Source of the DNA: Schmidtea nova
Taxonomy: Eukaryota
Assembly (NCBI GenBank): GCA_044892505.1
Contig: CM097882.1
Location: 477,214,001-477,278,000, forward strand
DNA: 64,000 bases
Reading direction: 5' to 3'
Position numbers and translations under genes: made by a program
In this document: positions 32,880 through 48,800 of the stretch, in pieces
Position numbering within the stretch: the first letter of the stretch is position 1
Layout: each line of letters opens with the position of its first letter
The notes under the pieces: generated by a model
What the model saw: the letters and a program-made list of their open reading frames with translations, nothing else
Told to the model about the DNA's origin: nothing
Databases searched by the model: none

Positions 32880-33950
32880 CATAATCATCCTATCATTTTT
32901 CAATTTTATCGGACGAAAGCAAAGAAAACTCGTAGACATAATAAATAAAATCGTAAATACAACGAGACTTGGATAATAGATTTATTTTTCCTTTGTTTTT
33001 GCTTTACCCATGAAATCCTGTTTGCCTTGCGAGTCGAACAATTTTTTCGTAATTGTCGTCTCTTCTGAACATCCTTTCCCTTTCCCTTTTCTTGATTTTC
33101 AAGACTTACTCTTCTTAGCTGGTTTGAACATAGGTTCCTGTCTTTCACTTAAGAATAGTTCTTATTCCGCGTAATTCAATCGTTTTATTGTTCTCTTGAA
33201 TGTCCCTCTGGTTTTCGCAAAACGAGCACTCTCTCAGTCGTATTTTAAATGTTCTGATTTTCACTGCATCTTGATTAATTTGTTTCTTTAGAATTTCAAT
33301 CTGTTGCTGAGCCTGTTTCATCCTTTCTGGCTGAACAGAGTACTTTCTAATTTTTGAAAGCACTGGAATAAGTTCACTCCCCTTCGCTCGGCGACTAACT
33401 TCTGAGATCTTGGCTATCAGCCTTCATCTATAATAAAAATACAAGTAAACGCCTATCACATCTCGTCGAATCTTAAATTCCCTAATAAAACATTACTTCA
33501 ATTTACTCAAATTCTTCATAACACACAAAAGAAAAGTAAAAATCACGATTGGAAAGAAGAAATATTTATTTTTAACACAGCGAAAAGTTAGTAACATTAC
33601 TCAGCACTGCTTCCTGATTGATTGTCCTCTATTATTTTCTTTCTCCATAGTTAGTATTCCCGTTCTTTCTGGCCTGCTCTTTGCTTTTCTCATACGCAAA
33701 TGGTGATGTCTTTTCTTATTGGGCTTGTTTTGGTGACTCTTTGTTGGATTGGTAAAATTCTTTCAGTCATTTTCATCACTGAATGTGTTGGTTGTCGATT
33801 ATGTAAAAGAGTGTTGTTACTTGTTGTTAAGTTAGAATGAGGTATTGGTGACGTGGGTTCTGTTGGTTCCCTTTTGATAATCAATATCCTCGGAGGTTCA
33901 TTCATTTGGTACTGCTCCACTGATATTGAAATAATTATATTGCAAATCGA
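32880..33950 (-). pseudogene. Decayed array of short coiled-coil/basic ORFs resembling the giant-element cargo
   Basis: Fragments 33690-33920, 33145-33363, 32906-33148; TTATTATAG|ATG at 33427. Confidence 0.4.
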
Positions 33951-34638
33951 TTGATATTAAAAAAAATTTTCATACTACTCAAATTTCTTTTGGGGCCCCT
34001 AGGCCATAGCCTAGTCGTCCTGCCTGTAAATCCGGCCCTGGGTGGCTGTAATTATCATTTTCTTTTGATAATTTTAAAAAAAATATGGAGTCACGATATA
34101 TTTGCTTATGGATTCAATTTCATTAAGAAAGTAATCGACGCAATCTAAACCGAAGAAAGATTTATAAATTCTAACTCCAGTTAAATTAATAATAAGAAGG
34201 AGACCAGTCGAAATAGGTAAATGCTTCTGAAAGTACCTTGTGTCTTTAGGTAAAATAGCTTCAAAGTCGGCTTAAATAACAAAAGGAGAAGTGACTGTTT
34301 TTTTCCAGTCCGTATATTCAAGAAATTTATTTTTGGCCAATGTATATAAAGTGGTACTCAACTGATTTTTATTACAAAGGCTTCTATGTTTATTAAAAGC
34401 CTCATTATTTTGAAAACCGTTTATAAACATCGAGGACACCACTGACTACAAATCCTAACTGGTGTAATTGAGCTATTTCTACAATTTAGAAATCTATTTA
34501 AATCTGCAATGGCAAGATAATTGTTCATATTTTCTAAAAGTAGTAAATTTAGAGGTATTCCTCCAACTACTTTACTACGGGAAATAAATGGGTGTTTTAT
34601 AACTACATCATCATTATCATCAGAAATATCTAACAACA

Positions 34639-34945
34639 CTATTATGTTCTAACTTTTTGTAGGTTGTTGATAGATTTTGTGTTAATAAGGGAAATATTGT
34701 AGAGCCCGAGAGATTCTTATAAAAACAGCGTGTAGACACTCGGGGTGCTTGTTGTGTAACTTGTGGTGCGTGTAAATACAAATAATTCAAAATAGAAAAT
34801 TCAAATGACAAACCAACAAAACTAATTATTTTTTTAAAACTTTTATTATTCAAAACTTTATAAATACGTACTCACGCAATTTTGACTTTAGTTCGTTTTC
34901 GTTAGTTTATCTTCCTTAGTAGTTAAGTTTTTTCTCCTTCTCTGT
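34639..34945. repeat. Dispersed repeat (copy of 50865-51200), probable fragment of a third LTR lineage
   Basis: Near-identical GT-rich block TTGTAGAGCCCGAGAG..GTGTAGACA(C/T)TCGGGG; a related motif occurs at ~25225-25270. Confidence 0.8.
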
Positions 34946-36348
34946 TTTTTATTTGCTTATGCCAAGATATGCCTGAGGAAACCACGATACTTTTGCAACG
35001 GTCAGATAAAGGTACCAGCTTTCTGGCCACTCAAGGATCTTCCGCGAAACGTCGACAGGGAACTGAATGAGAACATGTGGAGGTGGCGGCGAGAATTTTG
35101 ACATCGTGCTCCCTTCGTAATCTGGGAACAGGATAGCACCGAGAAAGTATAATAGAGGGGCAGTCCCCAGTGGCCCTCACCCGAAATCGATCTATTCTCT
35201 AATTCAACACCGAATGGTTCATTCTTCTGCGAGAGGCAACCGTCCCTTCTTCGTTGGATAATCTATTTTGGGTTGATTCCAATCAGCTGCTTCAACTAAT
35301 TTGGGTTCATTCTCCTCGACAACCCTAGGAGTCTCAAAACGGGAGAGATCAGGGATTTTACAACATTGCCATTCGAATTTCGAGAAGCCTGGCGGGTGAA
35401 GTCTAAGTGGTGTGCCGATGTACACACTCGAGAAGTGTTCCTGTATAAAAGGAAATTATGTTAGAGACCGAACCCATAAATCGATACTGCTGAGCAGATT
35501 CATCAAGAGGATGTCAAGCTCTCTCAAGATTTCGTTCGTAAGAATTAAGTTGGGACCGATATGATTTGACAGTGTTTATTCGATCAAATAAAATTCGATG
35601 TTGTTATCTACTTTATGAATGTCTTACATTTTCTGTCTTTTAGCTATTCGAAATTTAATATGGAGAGAATGAAGGAGTCACCGCTACAATTGATATTATA
35701 ATAGTGTTTGATTATATTTGATGAATCAAAGCCCACAGCATCATGAAGGGAGGGAAGGGTAACTGACGATAAAGTATACCAGGGGAGATTTAAGAGAAAG
35801 GGGAATCGTAAAAAGACGAGTACGGCGGTGACCTAATTGATACGAGTACAGCATAGTTATTTTATTATTAAAAAGAGATGGACAAAGGAACGAGGGAATT
35901 ATACAAATCCCAACAAGAGATACGCATCCTGAGGCTTGAGAACTACGAACTGAAAAGGAAAGTTGCACCAACATATACGCGCAAAGGTTGAATCCCAGAG
36001 CATATGGGTTGCACTGGCAAGAATGAAAGCTACCTTTCAGAAAATTAATAGTTTAAATCAAGCACTCATGCAACAATTCACAGAGCTGATGGCTACTAAA
36101 TGCGAGGTGAGCAATTGCCTCCGCTCGGTGACGGAAGAATACGTGATACAAGAACTGAAGAGTCAGATTAGACCTTTCACGCTCGAGAAGTGGACTACCC
36201 ATTGGCCATTGGTAAAGGAAACACAAACAGACTTACAAACACTCGCCGAGGAGACTGCCTCACCATCTATAGCCACTACGAATCCCTAAGGCAAAGTAGC
36301 GTTCAAATCAAAGCGACGAAATCAAATGGGCGCCAGCCATTGGTGTGA

Positions 36349-36406
36349 TGAGTTATTGATGATGAGCCATAGTAACGTCAAGGTCATATTGATGGTCAAC
36401 AACCCA
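36349..36406 (+). repeat. Third copy of the LTR-terminal motif
   Basis: GAGTTATTGATGATGAGCCATAGTAACGTCAAGGTCATATTGATGGTCAACAACCCA vs LTR 3744-3801. Confidence 0.8.
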
Positions 36407-36888
36407 TACGTCAACACCTAAGGTCGTCGTTAGGAATGGTGATGGTGTCAAAGTTTTTGTAATTATATAAAAAATCAAATTAAACCACATTATTACACAA
36501 ACAAATGCAAGCAGCTAAAATACGTTTATTTAAGTAATAATAATATAATTGTTATAAAACTACCATTTATTAGAAAGAAAGTTGTTTCCAAATAATTAAC
36601 TGTCGTAACTGAAAACAAAACTCAATCATTATTTAATATTAAAATATTTTTTTTCAAAAAATTTAATTTAAAATGAATATATTTATTTTTTTCGTTTTAC
36701 GTAAATTGTTTAAATATAATATTAAATTTGCTTATAATGATTTTTATTTAAATCTAATAATTTATATATATATATATATATATATATTGTATTTCGTAAT
36801 AAGTACTATTTATATCTTATATAATTAATATTATAATACATAAATATAGAATAAGATTAATCTACCTAAACCTATTTATTATTTCTAA

Positions 36889-39800
36889 ATGGGCATTCCA
36901 TTAGACAATTTTGCTGGAGAAGTTGATGAAGAATTATTTTGTTCTATTTGTAAAAATGTTTTAGATAATCCCGTTCAAGTAAAATTCTAATGAAAGTGAT
37001 AAAAAATATTCACACATTTTACTAATCAAAGGCTTGCAAATGTGAACATACATTCTGTAGTTCTTGCATCAGTGAATGGTTGAAATTTGATTCCAGCTGT
37101 CCGATAGACAGAAAAATACTAACCAAATACGACCTGAAGCCCGTTCCGAGGATTATCAAAAATCTGTTGAATAAATTATCCATATTTTGTGATTATAAAA
37201 TCGACGGCTGCCCCAAAATTGTGAAACTAGAATGCCTAATAGCTCACGTGAAAGAATGTGAATATAATCCTTCCAAACCGATCATGTGTCACAAGGGCTG
37301 CGGATCTGTGATTTCTAAAAATTGCCTAGTAATAATTATTACTTTTATAATATAATAATATTACTTAAAAATATTTTATTATCCAATTTTTATTTTTTTT
37401 ACAAATTTTCATGTCTTCTTGTGGTTTTATCGCAAGTTTAGTTTATTCTGAATTTTATAAAAATTTTAAAATTTGATTGTCAGTGAAATAATTAAAATAT
37501 TATAAAAATATCATTATTTATTATTAATAATTGGTTTAATCGATTATATAAATATATGTGTATCAAACAGGATCACAATTGTATCGAATCGCTACGCAAC
37601 ACAATCCGTGAACAGAGCAAATCCATTGAAATATTGGATAGCAAATATTCTGAATTGAAATCCAAATATGAATCTACTGCAGACGAAGTTTCCATTTTGA
37701 AAGTATTATATATCTTTATATTAATAACTAATAATAAATTTCTTTTGAATGAAATTTAATCAGAATTATTATTTTATTTACGCTGTTTATATAAATAATT
37801 TCATATATTTTCATTTTTATGACATTAGATCAATTTTTCCACATATAGAGCACAAATTTTTATCTATTTTTTACAAACGAAAATGCTGTGGGTTCCGCTT
37901 AAAGCGAAATCACAGTTGCCACCAAAAAAATTCGTCTTAACCGATATTCGAGTTAAGTGGTATTGCTATAAAACGTCATTATACAGTACTGCTCTGTATT
38001 ACTGTAGTTTAAATTAGGAAAACATAAAAATTTTGATCCATTTCACATTTATTATATCAAACATATACAACAAACATATACAGAAAATATATACAGAAAA
38101 TATATACAGAACTAGGTGATGACGACTGACAAGAAGTTGCCAAGCATCGGACAGGTAGAGGTTATTGATTAAGAAAACCAAGGCGCTGAAGGTGCTGCTG
38201 TGCCATCGGAAGTAAGCAAGTAAAAATATACAGAAAAATTTAAATGTTTTATTGATTATTTTTTTTTTGAAAATAACTTCTTAAAAAGACTAAATTATTT
38301 AAAGTCTTATCTTCTAGGTTGGATCTGATTTTAGTGCAAAATAAATCTGATCCTGAGAATACTCTTTCTGATTCTACACTCGCTGGACGAATTGTCATTA
38401 AACAATCGAATACCATTTGAATGTACTTCCCCCGCACTCTTTCCTGGCGGAAGTACTCTAATTCTTTTTTTACTATTTGTTTGAAATCTTTGGCATTTTT
38501 TGTTTGAGGTACTGACGCTTCCTAAGGTCCAGTTTTTTGTTTGATAAGTTCGTGAAGTTTCTGCTTCATGGATATTGCAACATTAGGTGTAAAAGTATCA
38601 ATACTTTCGTTATCTAACTCTGAATTCGAGGAATCCAAATCAAAATCGTGACACTGACTATTATCAACTATAATCGAGAGTATTTCTACAATTTTCTGGA
38701 TCATTGTTGCTTTATTGATTACATTAAAAATATTATAATTTTCTTCATCTGACAAAACCAAATAAGGATCTGCCAAATAGCTTAATACGTCTGAATAAAC
38801 ACGTCACTGATTTGTTTTCATACGTGAGAATAATGGGGATTCCCCAAGAAAAAAGGGTTAGAATAATACATATTTTGCACAATCTTAAGGCATAATAATA
38901 TTAGAATCTTGTAAAAAACTATTTGTAAAAAAAAATTACACAAAAATATCTCTCATAAAATATATAATCAAGTATATTATTACTTATACTTACATGATTT
39001 TATATTTTCAATATTTCTTTAGCGTTTTAAATATCTATAAACACAATATTTTGTACATAAAAATTACTAGTTTGGATTTTTTTATTTACCGAATTTACCG
39101 GTAAATTTACCGTACGTTTTTTGGTCAATTTACCGGTTAACCGGTAATACCATCCCTAGTTTAAATACATCCCCGCGGAGTCAGGTGGCACGGTAGCATA
39201 ATAATCCATGCCCTCAGCTAGCTGTGTATGAGGCATAGGATAATGGTGACAGCAACTGTTGTTACCTTGCGTATTCACGGATTAATTTATTAGTTCAATC
39301 ATCTATGAGGCAAATGAAACAAGCCTTATTTTACAGCATATTGATTATTATGTCACTCCATAATTTTCACATCATATCAAAGAAGCAGGTGCTCTCACTG
39401 GATACAAAAATGAAGATTTTCGGAGAGGTTTAGAAGGGAAGGAAGAAGTTAGACATTGCCACTGACTTCAAATACCAGTAAGTACCCTATCATCAGTTAT
39501 ACAAAACGGCACCAAAGTTTATTAAAGTGTTGGATCAGGTCGCGATGGAATGCGCAAGCAACAGTGGACATGAACTTACTCTGACGTGGATGATACTCCT
39601 TCTGTTCCAAAATAAGTGTCCGATTTGAAAAAGATTAGTGATAAAAAAGTATCGGTTTAAAAATAACACTTTTTCAGAAACTGCCCAAAAAATATTTTCA
39701 ATTAAACGTTACACGGTAACTTGATAATAAATAAATATAATAAAACTATTTATATAGTTACTAAATATAACACAGATGCTTTACTAAACTTCCCTAAATC

Positions 39801-42800
39801 CTAATCTTTGCTCGGACAAGCTCCAAGTCACAATTATGGCAAAGTTGTTACTGCCCTGGTCGTTTTAATTTGTCTTTGTCTTAATGAGGTAACTTATAAT
39901 TGTTGCCGCCATAGACTTTCGTAATTTCCATCATGAACTGCTGAAGTAAAATAAAAGTATTGTTGACAAACAAAATACCCTTCCTATCACTTCTGTCAAC
40001 AAATTTTCGTTTCCGACTGACTCTTCCAGCTTTTCAAGAATTTGCATTTTTACATTCTAATTCTTCAAGTATTTATGCTCGATGCCAAATTCGACTTACA
40101 ATTTTCTCTGATACGGAAAATCGAATGACTTCATTTTTTATTGATCCTTGTTTGAGTTTACCTTTGCTACTTTCTTCTCTCAGCTAATGGTACGCACTTT
40201 GATGCTTCACCATGATATATTAGGCTTTTTAATTTTTTGTTCAACTAGAGGTACTTCTTCACGGTTTATAATATGTCTACATCGGCATTTTTAAAAGTCA
40301 TAAGATAAAATTGGTTTTAAAAATTATTACCCAAAAGCCGAGCTAACATGTTTAAATTTTTTGACTACTCACAAATTTCACTTTTGACATTATTTACTTG
40401 ATGTAATAAGCAATTGGACAAAAATTTAAACAAACACGAGTCTTAAAATACTGTTAAGATCCGAAATCGAATACTTATTTCAGGACAAAGGGAATATTTA
40501 CTTGGTAAGCAATAGGTAATTATCACATTATTATTTATTGGTGGTTTCTTGGTATCAGCATTAATTAAATATCTAATTAATAACAAAATAAGTCTTCGCT
40601 GCAAAATTTTCACCTAATAAAATTTTGCAGCAAAGGCTTATTTTGTTATTTATTAATTATTCACATCATTATTTGTATGACCAGTGGTTGATCAAATCAA
40701 ATTGGGACTTAAGCGGTAAAAGTAATGAGACTCTCAAAACTTTTTACTTTTGGTGAAGAGACGATACTTTTCGGTTTCTGGTGCTGGTAAATAAAAGTCG
40801 ACAGAAATTGAATACAAGTGTTATAAAACAATGTTTAACTTAAACATTTAACACAATCGGCCTTTTATTTTGGGGGCCCCTGCGGCCACTTAGTCCACTT
40901 ACCGTATATTCCGCCACTGTGTATGACGCTACGTTATTTCTAGATCATTTTATTTAACTTTTTCATGACTTAGATATTAGATGTTGCTAGAACATCTTCT
41001 AAATTATTTTCTAAATCAGGTTGAGAAGTTAAAGTCATAATTCCAAGTTTTTAATTTATCAAATATTATATAAATTTCAAACAAATTTTTAGCCTTGAAC
41101 AAAATATTTTCAAAACAATTCATAAATTTTAAAATGTATAAAATTATTTATAAAATTATAATTTCTTAAAATTTAATTATTTATTTCATCTCTTTAAATT
41201 ACAAACTTTAAAAATAAAAAGTACAAATTATAAAAATTATAAAAATTTAAATACATTATTATAATAATTATTTCTCCACTTCAAAATTTTTGAAATCAAC
41301 GAATGACTACACACATATTTACACGACACTTGTACCAAACTTGGTTGATATTTTGAGCAGTTTGAATTGAACTATATCGAGTTTAAATTAGGAATAATAA
41401 ATTTAGTGAAAATACTGTTTTGACATTTTTATAAAATTGTAAAAATAAAATAATTTTAATTAAAAAGATATGTCTATTAAGAATGATGATAATTATAAAA
41501 ATTTATTTTATTTCTAGATCATTTATTTTAACTTTTTCATGACTTAGATATTGATGTTGCTAGAACATCTTCTAAATTATTTTCTAAATCAGGTTGAGAA
41601 GTTAAAGTCATAATTCCAAGTTTTTAATTTATCAAATATTATATAAATTTCAAACAAATTTTTAGCCTTGAACAAAATATTTTCAAAACAATTCATAAAT
41701 TTTAAAATGTATAAAATTATTTATAAAATTATAATTTCTTAAAATTTAATTATTTATTTCATCTCTTTAAATTACAAACTTTAAAAATAAAAAGTACAAA
41801 TTATAAAAATTATAAAAATTTAAATACGCATTAATTATAACAATTATTTTAAAACTTATTAAATTTAAATTATTTATCATTTCAAATTTTTTAATAAATC
41901 ATTGAAGTATTTAGTTCTCAGCTGAAAACTCCACACAATAGATATAATAACAAATTTTTAAATAATTCTATTTATTTATTACATAACTTTTCACAATATA
42001 TTTGCTAATTCTTTGCTAAATTCTTATTACCACGTGAGAGTGCCAACTAATGCTTGGCCAAGGCCAGAGTAAACATATGAAAATCTAGTCAACTCTGACA
42101 TAAAAGGGTCGGCTCTCAGTTAAAATAGGTAAACTCTTAGTAAAAAAGATTGACAATCAATGAAAAGCCTACATGATTCACTCGCACTATAAAGCCTAAA
42201 TGCTTATACTTTCAATTAATAAAAGTACTCTCAATTAGTTCTAAATAAAAGTAGTTTAAAAAGAAATACTCACTAAATTATTGAATCTCACAAAAACATT
42301 TATAAAAATTTTCTCTTATTTTTTTTCAAAAACTGACTAAATACCTTATAAATCTTTTAATTGTTATTTTATTAAAATAAATATTTTAATTAATAAACTA
42401 GGATATTGTCCGAAATATTACTTCCAGTCTCTATATCCAATCAAATATATTCAATGAAGATGAATTGTTCAGGTAAAGATATTTTTTGAGTTTTTGTTTA
42501 TTAAAATCTAATCTCCAGCAATTATATTTAAACTCAGTTTAAATACCGTAGATACTTGAGTATACCGCGAGGTTTTGTGACACAAAATTAGATAAAAACT
42601 TGTAGATCGAAACACTGTAGAAATAAAACTGTAAAAATATTTAGGAGTTGAGGTTACATTCATTCACAAAATAACGCGAATATAACGCGATCCACAAGTT
42701 TTTATCTAATTTTGTGTCACAAAAACCTCGCACTAGACTCGAGTATCTACGGTAATCAATTTATCCTAAAGGGGTTTTTAAATGGGCGAAATAATTTAAA

Positions 42801-45800
42801 AATGAAATAAAGCAAAAACCACAATTTTTTTCTTATTTTGAAGTACAAACGATCACATTATTATTTATGTACATTTGTTCTTATTCCTCTGTTCTTTGTT
42901 TTTATTTTCTCTGTTATTCATATTTATTGTTAAATCCTTCAATTTTTCTAAATGTTAAAATATCTGTTACAGAAATAGTAAACTATTAATAAATTCCTTT
43001 GTTCTTTTTCCTTTTATATTTTCATATGCATGATTATTTTCTTTTCCTTGTAATTTCTACTGAACAGTCGTCATAGGGAATTTCAACAAATTCCCCAATA
43101 ACCCTAAATGCTTGATTATGATTTTTTAATAATGTTTGCAAGTCTCCGTTTTCTGTTTTAAGTTCCTGGAGTATTTCTTTCGAAAAAGAAGAACTTGAGA
43201 AATATTTTTCCACCTTTATTCCACATTACACTAGAATCGGTCGTAACAAAAGTCTCAAAGATAATAAGTTTAGAAAAGACAGTGTCATATTAAATCACAG
43301 ATCGAATGATCAATCATTGAGCAGTTTTTGTTTTGCATTTCAATTTCCCCGGGTCTAAATTTGTAAATTCCTGACCGAGAATTTACGTATTCTTCCATTT
43401 GTGGTAAAATTACACCTTTGGAATTTTCATCAGTCAAATTTAGATGACCCAATCAATGAAAACTAAATAGAACAGTTAGTAATGTGGTAACGTCTATTGG
43501 AAAGTAATTTGTAAAAATGAAAAAGTATAAGATAAAATACAATGGAAGTAAGTGGATAGAACTATTATGTAATTAATCGACAAAAAACTAATTGAAAAAC
43601 TCTTTATATTTAATGTTGAAATTTTACTCCTCAAATAACCTTTTAAATTCCGTCACAAATTGTCGTACATTTTTTACAAAAAAACCTTCTTTTTATTTTA
43701 TTCGTCTTCTATTTATTACGCTGAATCTGATAATTTATTTAAAGATTATCAATATTTGTTTCCATCTTTACTATGCCGATTCTTTTATCGAGTTGCTTTT
43801 TCATAAAGAAATGTTACCAAACGACCCTAAAATGCAAATTGAAATACGCTCTATTTTAAATTATTTAATATTTTCACAAAAACTTCATTTATACAAAACA
43901 CATTTCAAAATTCCCGCAAAAATGTTCCCTTTGGTACTATTGACATACTAATGGTAGAAATTCGCGAATATTCGAGTGAATTAGAAAGCTTACTCCTACC
44001 TACTATAAAGAGACGAATTACTCACTATTTTTATGGTATGTTTCCATCGAACAAAAGATTAGGTATCTTTTATATGTGGGGAACTAAAGTATAAAAAATC
44101 TAATCATACACCAATAATCGCAATTGAATTTATTATATTATTGTGGTGGTTCTGTAAATGAGTATAAATAAAATATAAATACACAAAATTTCGAGGGCAA
44201 ATCAATTTCAATCAATCTTAATTCAAAAAGCAAATTAAATTGTATTAAATTCGACCAATCAGACTGGAATGATACCAAACTAGAACCGAATTATAAATTT
44301 AGAATTTCATAATATAATTTAAATACAAAAATAAGATGGTTTCATAATCATTTTTGAATCACAGACTCAATCGTATTAGTATTAAAAATATACACTTAAA
44401 ATTCATAGCAATGGATCCAGTTAATCATTCGCTAAATAAGAATTATAATTTGAGCCAACAAGTACACCAGATTTAAATTTAATCTACTATAAGCAGAGAA
44501 TTTTTACGTCATGCTCATGTAACATTTTGTGTTGTAAAAGAAGATGGCTCATGTATAGGCTGGGCAGGTGTAAATAGATCCGGATGTATTTATAATTCGT
44601 CTAGCTAGCTGTCCAGNNNNNNNNNNNNNNNNNNNNNNNNNNNNNNNNNNNNNNNNNNNNNNNNNNNNNNNNNNNNNNNNNNNNNNNNNNNNNNNNNNNN
44701 NNNNNNNNNNNNNNNNNNNNNNNNNNNNNNNNNNNNNNNNNNNNNNNNNCGCATTTTTCTGTTTATATCAGGATGAATTTGGAAAAAATGTAAATTGTAT
44801 TACCTGCATTTGGTTGTATGCCATCATTGCGTATGTGTGCATGAGTCAAGTCGTGTACACATTTCTCTGCTTATAGTAAAGATAAACAATACTTTAATCA
44901 AATCATAAAACAGTTTTAACGTTGGCAGCCAAATATAATATGTTGGTGCAAAATTATTGCAGTATTTTATTGTAAACTTTGAAGGTTCTTGTTTTTGACT
45001 TATTTGATATTGTATGATTTCTTTGGTTTCTTTGAATGGTTTTTGACTAATTGATTCTTGGTTTTTGTCTTGTTTGATGATTATGATTTCTTTTGTTTCT
45101 TTGGATGGCTTCTCGGATTATTGATTCTTGGTTTAGACTTGTTTGATGATTAAGAGGCTTTGTTTCTTTTTGATTTCTTTGCTCTTTTAGATATCTTTGT
45201 TTCTTCTTTTTGGATTGGGTTTTCGATGATTGCACGTTTTCTATTATCAATGTCAGGATTGGGTGCTTTTGGGAATATATTTTCTCTGGTCATGAGTTCG
45301 ATTACTTCTTTTCTGGTATTTTGTATCTCTTGAAGGGATAGATTTTTGTTTTTGAGCTTAGATTCGAGATTGATTACAACTTGCTGTGCTTTTAGGAAAT
45401 TTTCAAGTTGTTGCTAAGAAAGATTTTTAAATATTTAGAAAAGCGGTAGTCTGTTGGTAAGAGGTAAATATGTGGATGAGACAGAGTTTCGTAGCCTAAT
45501 TCTTTGGCCTTTTTCAGCATTAGTCGTGTGACATGTTGCTCAGCATTGTGATGCAAGAGGATTGGGCCCAATGCCGAACAAACAAGTCGAAGTTTCTAAT
45601 GCATTTCATCGATTTTATGACAATATTTATCTGCTGTGATGGTTTCGACAGGATTAAGAACGTTATAGTAATCTAGGCTGTAGACCACCTACAGTTACCA
45701 CGACCTTTTTTTGATAGAACTTTGGTTTCGGAAAATGTTTCAATGCTTCATTATTTTTCAATCATTGATAATGACACCTATTATTGTAAACAATTCATTT

Positions 45801-48800
45801 TTCATCACATGTTACTATACGACCGAGAAATGGGTTGTTTTTGTTGCATAACTGAAGCGCGGTTCAAATCTCGTTATTGACGAGGCACTCATTTGTTGAG
45901 CTTTTTCATCTTTCCGATTTGTTTCAAATGACAAACGATGGTGGAACGCTCAACTTTGACTTATCCCGCTACTTCGCTTGTTGATTTGGGTGGGTCAGCT
46001 TCTATTCTTGCCTTCAATTGATCGTCGAAAACATCAGGGGTGGTGACCTTCCTTGTCTTGAAGAGTGATTTCTCCACTTCAAAATTTTTGAAATCAACGA
46101 ATGATTACACACATATTTACACGACACTTGTACCAAACTTGGTTGATATTTTGAGCAGTTTGAATTGAACTATATCGAGTTTAAATTAGGAATAATAAAT
46201 TTAGTGAAAATACTATTTTGATATTTTTATAAAATTGTAAAAATAAAATAATTTTAATTAAAAAGATATGTCTATTAAGAATGATGATAAAATAAGCTTC
46301 AACTCAATATGTAATTTTGATTATTATCAATGCGATTTATGATAGCATTATTAATGTTTAACTTACAAATACCCAAAAACTGCACTATTCATGCACCAAC
46401 CTAATAGAATAACGTCACGTGCTATGTACCAATAGATCTGTTTACATATTTTCACAAAGTTCCATTTATTCAACATTTACAAATATAATTGTCGTACGAC
46501 CTTTGGATTATTTTATAAAAGTTTCGCTATTCATCTTTTTTTCAATTTTGAAGTTAGAAATCTTATTATAAATCAATAAATATAGGACCGCAACAAATCT
46601 CTAATATTTAATAATCTTATATATATATATATATATTAGTGATAATTTTAATTAATTTTAATTCAAGGAGGGACTAGAAGGCCATGTGGCACGGGCCCCT
46701 GCTTATAAAGGGCCCCAATTTCAAATTAATCAGGATAAAATTTTAATTTTTAAACGAAGGAAAATATTTCATGTCATAAATAGTTCATTAAGCTTCTTTT
46801 AAAAATTTAAAAATTGTGAAGTTATAAAAAATTTAATACATGCCTATTTATACCATTTTCTTCTGACTATACGAGAAAGGTTGATTTTTTAAATATCATT
46901 AAAGTACTAATTCAAAAGCGCGCAAAAGAATTTCTAAAATAATTAAAATAAAATAAATTATTATGTATTAAATAAAATGTATATCAGTAAATAAAAAATA
47001 ATTGTTTCTTTTATAATTCAAATATCACGATCAAATTACAGAAAATTAAATATTTAAAAAAATATATAATATATGGGCCCTGGGAAATATTTTAGGCCCG
47101 GCCCCATTGAAGCTCTCTGTGGTCCTATATTTATATATTTAATTTAATTTAAAATAAATATTAATTACAAATTATTGATTTTTTGGAATCAAGTTTAGTT
47201 GTAAGCTAGATATCATGAAGACTTCAAATAGGTAACTTTTCAAAACCATTGAAATGCCATTAAAATGTATGTTAAGATCATCAGTTAAATATTTTTGTAT
47301 TTTAATTATTATTTTTTTAAATTTTAAATTTATTATTTATTTATTTAATGTTTCATTAATGATAATAAATAAATAATTAAAATACAAAAAAATAATGATC
47401 TTGACTGAAATTTTAATGGTATTTCATTGACTCTGAAAAGTTATATATGTATACAAAGTGAGTTGGAGTCCTCACTATATAATACTTTTATAAAAATTAA
47501 TTTTTGGAATAAGACCGAAGAAAATAATATTTTCTGTTTTAGAATCAATTTTCTTTATTTCTAGTTGGTGAATTGAGTTTATTAATCATTTTAATATACT
47601 TGGAAAATGGTATTGAAATTCACATTATTTGTAATAGTTATGCACTATTATCGGATTATTTCATTAAACTTTCCGAACTTAGTTGCATGATAAATATCTT
47701 TTTTTTGTCACGTGTAAACTACATGAAACCCAAAAATATTTTTAAAAATTTTGTGTCTAATAAAAAATAAGAATATAATATCATAGTTATCTTTTTGTTT
47801 CACCTTTGATCTTTTTTTAGTATTAATATCAATAATTCCCATAATGGTAAGAATATAATGTTCCTCAAAAATCTTCAGCCTTCAGAAACTTCTAAAAGGC
47901 GCATATCTGTTATCGTAATTTGATGAAGATTAGTAAATAATGTGATGATGGAATAAAATACATCGAGTTCCTAAACAAATTCAAGAAAATTGTTTCAGAA
48001 TATTCTGCAAAAATCGAGTTTAAAACAACTATTAGTTATTGAAAATTTTTCTATTTTTGGTTTTTAAAATGAACAAAACATAATTTATAAAGCAATTAGA
48101 TGGGATTTGGTAAAACTGGAATATTTTAGCGGAATCCAATATAGAACTCTCTAAATACTTGTTATTTCGTTATTTTTTTTATGGAAAGCTGTTTTGATTT
48201 AGATTTTTATCGTTAGAAGATGTTAATAGATTTTCTGTAATTTGTTTAAAATATGATTTCTATCCATAATATTTTTTTATTACTTCAAATTGTTTATTTA
48301 TTTATTTTATTTATTTATTTATTTATTTATTTTACGAGATTTTCCACAGTATTATTTAAATCTATAATCTCCACTTTTGATTTTTTACGTTTATGTTTAT
48401 TATAATTTTTGTTAGACAATAAATAAACAAAAATTTGATATATTGCCTGAAAAAAATTATTATTTAAATTGACAGTGTGTTTTTTAAGAATTGTAAATAT
48501 AAACGTATTCAATGATGGTCTCTTGGTAGAATTAAATATTAATTAAATATTAAATAAATAATAAATAACAAGATAAGCCTTTGTTACTGAGTTTTATTGG
48601 GTGAAAATTTTCGATTGTCAAATAATCCTTATCCATCTTATCTTAGAATATAGCTGGACTCTACTGCTGTTTCTTTCCAATAAATTATCTGCTTTTTCAT
48701 TGGATATAAATCTGATTAATAAAATAACTAAAATTTATTTTTAAAATTTTAAAATAAAAAATACGAAGCTTAAAATTTTTAAAATCATTTATTTTAAAAT

